From Acetatifactor sp. (GTDB lineage Bacteria > Bacillota > Clostridia > Lachnospirales > Lachnospiraceae): a stretch of DNA of 64,000 nucleotides. Below the pieces are notes generated by a model. That model saw only the letters and a program-made list of their open reading frames with translations, was not told the DNA's origin and ran no database searches. The translations under genes and the position numbers were made by a program. Positions 59,359 through 64,000 of this stretch are shown here, one piece after another (position 1 is the stretch's first letter; each line of letters opens with the position of its first letter). The stretch is taken from the NCBI GenBank assembly GCA_045539535.1, contig JAZQFO010000131.1, forward strand, positions 33,456 through 97,455, read 5' to 3'.

Positions 59359-60333
59359 ATGATTCGTGTAATGCAGATAGGTTATGGATATTGGGGAAAT
59401 AATGTAGCGAAGAAGTTGCTTGTTTCTAATATGTTTGATTTTGTATGTTTGGCAGAGCAAGACACAAGAAAAAGGGAAAATGCCAAAAATAATCTTCCGG
59501 AGTATGTAGATGTCATTGATGATTACGAGGAGGGGTTTGATAAAGTTGATGCCGTAGTTATTTGTACACAGACAGAGTATAGTTACGAGATCGCGATGAA
59601 GGCGATGGGATATGGAAAACATGTATTTATTGAAAAGCCCTTAGCTACTAATGTGGAAAGATCAAAAAAACTTATTGCAATGGCTTCGAAAGAAAATCTT
59701 ATTTTGCACTGTGATCACCTGATGGTATATAATCCTGTAATTAGGTATATAAAGAAAATGATTGATGCAGGTGAACTGGGGGATATTATGTACATTGATG
59801 TTCAGAGAATTAATCTGGGCCCGATTCGAAAAGATATTAATGCGATGTTGGACTTGGCGGTACATGATATAGCGGTAATTGATTACTTTATAAATGGTTT
59901 AGTTCCTGATAAATTGAGTGCAATTGGTTCGAGCTTTTTTGGTAAGCAAGAAGCGATTACATATTTAACCATGAAAAAGGGAGATTTATTAATCAATATT
60001 AATTCTAGTTGGTTGTCGCCGGTAAAGGTCAGAAAAACTACAATTGCTGGAACTAAGAAAATGATTGTTTTTGATGATGTTAAAACAGATAAACTTACTA
60101 TTTACAATAGTGGTATAGATGTACGTCAGGGCGAGGTATATGGAACTTATGAGACCCAGACTAGAGTGGGCGATATATGTATGCCCCATATTCAAAATGA
60201 GGATGCGTTGCAAAATAGTCTGGAACATTTTGCCGAGTGTGTTGAAACAGGAAAGGAATCTTTGTCCGGACCGGAGCAGAGTTTGCGAGTAATGCAAGTA
60301 TTAGAAAGCGCACAAAGGGCATTACATGAATAG
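59359..60333 (+). CDS. Gfo/Idh/MocA NAD-dependent oxidoreductase
   Basis: IGYGYWG, GKHVFIEKP, DLAVHD. Confidence 0.9.
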   Translation: MIRVMQIGYGYWGNNVAKKLLVSNMFDFVCLAEQDTRKRENAKNNLPEYVDVIDDYEEGFDKVDAVVICTQTEYSYEIAMKAMGYGKHVFIEKPLATNVERSKKLIAMASKENLILHCDHLMVYNPVIRYIKKMIDAGELGDIMYIDVQRINLGPIRKDINAMLDLAVHDIAVIDYFINGLVPDKLSAIGSSFFGKQEAITYLTMKKGDLLININSSWLSPVKVRKTTIAGTKKMIVFDDVKTDKLTIYNSGIDVRQGEVYGTYETQTRVGDICMPHIQNEDALQNSLEHFAECVETGKESLSGPEQSLRVMQVLESAQRALHE

Positions 60334-60365
60334 TTCATTGTAGGTAGTTGAGGAAGTTTTTGTAT

Positions 60366-61202
60366 ATGAAAAATACAGATATGATACAAGAGATGCAAAA
60401 CGGAAATTTGATAATTGGAAAATCTTTCGAACAGATAAATTCGACAGTAACATTTAAGGGTACAAATAATATTTTGTATTGCGGAGAAAACGTTAAATTA
60501 ATAGATTCGCAATTGGTTTTTGCCGGAGATAATTCTGTTATATATCTCGATAGCAACAGATATGAGTATAAGCTATCGGTTACTGTATATAATGATTGTG
60601 TTTTTCATATGGGAAAAGACAACTACATTAATCAAAAAATGAGTGTCATTTTATCGGAGCAAAAACATTGCTTTATTGGGGATGCAGGGATGTTTTCAAT
60701 AAATATAGAAATACGGAATGCAGATCCCCACTTAATATATAGTTGTAGTACCGGAGAAAGACTAAATATAACCAAAAGTATTTATATTGGTGATCATGTT
60801 TGGGTTGGACAAGATGTAAGGATATTAAAAGGTACGGAAATCGATTCAGGAAGCATAATAGGTGCAATGAGTGTGGTGTCGAACAAAAGAATACTGCATA
60901 ACAGCGTTTGGGCAGGGAACCCTTGCAAGTTAATACGGGAGGATACATTCTGGGATGCTTCATGTGTTCATGATTGGACAAATGATAAGACTCAAAACAG
61001 TTTACAATATTCGGAATACCTTGCCAACCATAAGCCGGGATGTTCGGACGATTATTGGATTTACCAATATAATCAAGCAGAATGTTTGGAATGGGCAGAA
61101 TTAGAAAATGTTTTTTCTGCACAGATACGGAGCATAGAAAAATATGAGTATCTAAGAACATTAAATGCTGATAAAAAGAAGAATCGCTTTGTTCATAAAT
61201 AA
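60366..61202 (+). CDS. Hexapeptide-repeat acyltransferase
   Basis: RNADPHLIY, IGDHVWVG, IIGAMSVV, WAGNP. Confidence 0.8.
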   Translation: MKNTDMIQEMQNGNLIIGKSFEQINSTVTFKGTNNILYCGENVKLIDSQLVFAGDNSVIYLDSNRYEYKLSVTVYNDCVFHMGKDNYINQKMSVILSEQKHCFIGDAGMFSINIEIRNADPHLIYSCSTGERLNITKSIYIGDHVWVGQDVRILKGTEIDSGSIIGAMSVVSNKRILHNSVWAGNPCKLIREDTFWDASCVHDWTNDKTQNSLQYSEYLANHKPGCSDDYWIYQYNQAECLEWAELENVFSAQIRSIEKYEYLRTLNADKKKNRFVHK

Positions 61203-61213
61203 ATATGTGAGAT

Positions 61214-61264
61214 ACGCACCTGTCGGAGCCTAAAGAATGGTTATTGGCAGGTGCGTTGTGTTTT
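61214..61264 (+). terminator. Probable terminator
   Basis: acgcacctgtc / ggcaggtgcgt stem followed by tgtgtttt. Confidence 0.55.
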
Positions 61265-61306
61265 GGGAGGAGAAGTGTTATAGCTTTGGAGTTGTTTATA
61301 TTCCAA

Positions 61307-61335
61307 TTGACATTTTGCGAAAAGTACAATAGAAT
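61307..61335 (+). promoter_or_regulatory. Sigma-A promoter upstream of the Rpn remnant
   Basis: TTGACA-N17-TAGAAT. Confidence 0.7.
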
Positions 61336-61919
61336 TAAATCATCTTAATTCAAGTCAATTAGTTCAGATTCATTCTAAATTGATCCTAGGCAGTTCTGCC
61401 GTCTAATCACTTGAATAAACAAAATACGATATGGCGGAGGATTGCGCTATGCCTCCGCAGAAGGAGGAGAATATGGGGAAAAAGGATGGCAAACAGCAGA
61501 CGGGTAATCGGCATAGGGATTTAAAGAAGCGTTTAATAAATGGAGGTTGGGTTGCAGTTGCAGCCATTGAAAATCAGGAGACAGTGGATTGAACGGAGAA
61601 GTGGACAGGACCGAAATGTTTAAAAGATATGGTGAATTTTAAGGATGCGCCACCAGGCTGGGAGGAGCGGTTTCATGATTACGGCATGACATTATTTTGC
61701 GTTAACTCTGTGCAGGATTTTACTCAATTCAAGACGGAGTTGGGGCAGCTGTTGCAGGTGATTCCTTATAAGAATGATAAGGATAAGCTGAAACAGCTCT
61801 TTCAGAGTGAAGAATACAGTCATTTAGAACGTGAAACGGCAGAGGCCATCGCAGTTATGATAGATAATGATACACTTTTAAAAAAGTTAGATGAGTATGA
61901 AAAAGACGGAGGTTACAAT

Positions 61920-62117
61920 ATGTGTGTAGGATTGGATGATTGGGCAAGAGAAGAGCAGGAAAAGGGCAAAATAGAAGGCAAAATAGAAGGCAAAATTGAG
62001 ATGCTTATACAAGATATTCAAAAACTTATGCGGAACCTGAGATTAACAGCTGAGGAAGCTATGGAAGTATTGGAGGTGCCACAGGAGGAGCGAAAAAGTT
62101 ATCTGGCAAAGCTTTAG
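61920..62117 (+). CDS. Putative internally initiated small Rpn C-terminal protein (RpnS-like), 65 aa
   Basis: GGAGG at 61908-61912, 7 nt before ATG 61920; MCVGLDDWAREEQEKGKIEGKIEGKIE... Confidence 0.5.
   Translation: MCVGLDDWAREEQEKGKIEGKIEGKIEMLIQDIQKLMRNLRLTAEEAMEVLEVPQEERKSYLAKL
61965..62000 (+). repeat. 12 bp tandem repeat x3 encoding GKIE
   Basis: ggcaaaatagaa ggcaaaatagaa ggcaaaattgag. Confidence 0.9.
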
Positions 62118-62149
62118 GTTTACTACAAGGAATTCCTCTCCTTGCAATA

Positions 62150-62178
62150 GTGACAAGACAAAAGAAAATTGATATAAT
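62150..62178 (+). promoter_or_regulatory. Sigma-A type promoter
   Basis: GTGACA-N17-TATAAT with TG extension. Confidence 0.6.
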
Positions 62179-62252
62179 ACATATATTAAGGTATCGAGTT
62201 GAATAATCCGAATGATAACATAAATTTTTCAACATACGAAAAGGGGATGGCC

Positions 62253-62912
62253 ATGAACTTTGAACTAACCGCATCCATGATGTGCGCCAATTACGGCAAC
62301 TTACAAAAAGAGGTAGAAAGCTTAGAGCAGGCTGGTATTGACTCCTTCCATATCGATATTATGGATGGCCGGTACGTGCACAATTTTGCCATGTCTTTGA
62401 ATGACATGGCCTACATACGTTCTGCCACAAAGTTGCCTATGGATGTTCATCTCATGATTGAGCATCCCAACAATAATATCAATCTTTTTATCGATAAGCT
62501 GCATCCCGGCGACACCATTTATATCCATCCGGAGGCAGAGTATCATCCGTCTACCACGCTGCAGAAAATTATTGATGCGGATATGATTCCGGGTATTGCT
62601 ATTAATCCCGGTACCAGTGTGGAGACTGTTTTTGAAATGCTCAGAATCGTGAAGAAGGTACTGGTAATGTCTGTGAATCCCGGCAATGCGGGGCAGATGT
62701 ATCTGCCTTATGTAGGTGAGAAGATTACAAAGCTTTTGGCTCTTAAGGATGAGATGGATTTTGAAATCTATTGGGACGGAGCCTGTGGAGCAGACAAGAT
62801 TGCAGAGTTTGCACCTAAGGGAATCAAAGGTTTTGTGCTGGGTACTACACTTTTATTTGGTAAGGATAGGGAGTATGGGGAAATCTTAAAAGAGATTCGT
62901 CGGATTGTATAA
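62253..62912 (+). CDS. Ribulose-phosphate 3-epimerase family protein
   Basis: SMMCAN, FHIDIMDG, DVHLMIE, INPGT, VMSVNPG, WDG. Confidence 0.85.
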   Translation: MNFELTASMMCANYGNLQKEVESLEQAGIDSFHIDIMDGRYVHNFAMSLNDMAYIRSATKLPMDVHLMIEHPNNNINLFIDKLHPGDTIYIHPEAEYHPSTTLQKIIDADMIPGIAINPGTSVETVFEMLRIVKKVLVMSVNPGNAGQMYLPYVGEKITKLLALKDEMDFEIYWDGACGADKIAEFAPKGIKGFVLGTTLLFGKDREYGEILKEIRRIV

Positions 62913-62924
62913 GTGGGGCACTTT

Positions 62925-64000
62925 ATGCGTAAAAGAAGATTGGTGCTTTTTAAGGGAGAATTGGATACAGTTAACCTATTTACAGAACAGTTGAAGCAGG
63001 GGTTTTTAACACGGGGAGATTATGAGATTTTGGAGTTTAATCTGTGTGATGCTATGAAAAGTCTGGGAGAGTTGTATGCCTTTTTTAAGGAAGGGCAGGT
63101 TACAGCGATGCTTGGCTTTAATAGTATGTTTTTTGGTACAAAGCTTCCTTCTGGGGTTTCCTTGTGTGAGGCACTGGAGGTCCCTTGTATTAATATATTG
63201 TTGGATCATCCCTATTGGTATACGGATATTTTAAAAAATATGCCATTGAATGGCATTGTTTTGTGTGTTGATCGAGGACATATGGATTATGTAAATCGAT
63301 TTTATCCGAAGATTTCCGTGAACGGGTTTATACCTCACGGTGGGACGGTTATGTCAGGAAGACCCAAATCTATTATGGAGCGAGGGATTGATGTGTTTTA
63401 TGCCGGTTCGCTGTATGCAGAGTATGCGGACAAGCAGAAACCTGATTTTTCTAAGTGGGATTTTCCGGCTGAAATGATTTGTGAAGAGACGATTCAGAAG
63501 CTTTTTCGTAATCCTGCAGGAGTAATTGAGGATGTTTTAGAGGAGACACTTAGGGAACATGGTATAACAATGTCTGATGAGGAATTAGGCTTATTTATCA
63601 GTTCCTGTGTATACATAGAGCGAGTGGTAAGCTCTTATTTTAGAGAGAAAATATTGCGTGTTATAGCCCGGGCAGGAATCCGGTTGGAATTGTATGGAGC
63701 AGGTTGGGAGAAGTGTGATTGGCTTTCACTTCCCAATGTGTATTATGGTGGAAGGATTTCGCCGGAGGCTGTACTTGAAAAGATGGAAGATAGTAAGATT
63801 GTTCTGAATTCTATGCCTTGGTTTAAGGACGGCAGCCATGAGAGAATTATTAACGGAATGCTTAGGGGAGCTGTGGTATGTTCTGACACATCCCGGTATT
63901 TGGAAGAGATTTTGCCCCGGGACGCTTGGATGACGTTTGGCTTGGAAGAAGAGGAGTTGGCGGACTTGCCTAGGCGGGTGAAAGCGATTTTGAATGATGT
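62925..64000 (+). CDS. CgeB-like glycosyltransferase, truncated by the window end (absent from the ORF track)
   Basis: My translation: MRKRRLVLFKGELDT...LLDHPYWY...IPHGG...DVFYAGS...SKIVLNSMPWFKDGSHERIINGMLRGA; no stop seen before 64000. Confidence 0.75.
   Translation, partial: MRKRRLVLFKGELDTVNLFTEQLKQGFLTRGDYEILEFNLCDAMKSLGELYAFFKEGQVTAMLGFNSMFFGTKLPSGVSLCEALEVPCINILLDHPYWYTDILKNMPLNGIVLCVDRGHMDYVNRFYPKISVNGFIPHGGTVMSGRPKSIMERGIDVFYAGSLYAEYADKQKPDFSKWDFPAEMICEETIQKLFRNPAGVIEDVLEETLREHGITMSDEELGLFISSCVYIERVVSSYFREKILRVIARAGIRLELYGAGWEKCDWLSLPNVYYGGRISPEAVLEKMEDSKIVLNSMPWFKDGSHERIINGMLRGAVVCSDTSRYLEEILPRDAWMTFGLEEEELADLPRRVKAILND

Larger units (their letters stand above)
61473..62117 (+). 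pseudogene. Internally deleted Rpn-family (PD-(D/E)XK nuclease/transposase-like) gene
   Basis: AAGGAGG, then MGKKD..RDLKKR..IENQETVD, an in-frame TGA (61590-61592), then TEKWTGPKCLKDM and a C-terminus with GKIE repeats. The usual intervening nuclease segment is absent. Confidence 0.7.

Noticed and set aside
61590-61592. In-frame TGA as selenocysteine or programmed readthrough
   Set aside because: It coincides with an apparent deletion junction at a non-Cys position and I saw no SECIS-like hairpin; gene decay is simpler.
39451-64000. Phase-variable homopolymer tracts in glycosylation genes
   Set aside because: I saw no long G/C runs or frameshifted GT genes. The g/t runs near 63000 stay in frame; that ORF is missing from the track only because it has no stop in the window.

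Overview
Chromosomal window of a motile, monoderm Clostridia-type anaerobe; gene content and order suggest Lachnospiraceae (inference). From left to right it holds: (i) two tandem hybrid sensor kinases, the first ending in REC-Hpt and the second with a C-terminal DegV/FakB-like domain, then a MATE transporter; (ii) a ~13 kb cell-surface glycan locus (GT-C-like membrane proteins, GT2/GT4 enzymes, flippase); (iii) guaB and a K+-dependent membrane pyrophosphatase; (iv) a minus-strand cobalamin-riboswitch operon (Cys-rich protein, DUF4430-like lipoprotein, CbrT-like ECF S component); (v) a sigma28-driven late flagellar locus, flgM-flgN-flgK-flgK-flgL-fliW-csrA and flaG-fliD-fliS-chaperone, then two short tandem flagellins separated by a ~307 bp TA-bounded imperfect palindrome; (vi) a >24 kb putative flagellin glycosylation island (Maf, CgeB-like, GT-D fusion, LicD, two radical SAM enzymes, two aminotransferases, several acyltransferases). 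The island is interrupted by a deleted Rpn-family gene whose internal small ORF is still intact, and it runs off the window end. The best leads are the inter-flagellin palindrome with a CsrA-type loop, the kinase-DegV fusion, the radical-SAM amino-sugar cassette and the Rpn remnant. All family calls come from motif recognition by eye; no database searches were run.
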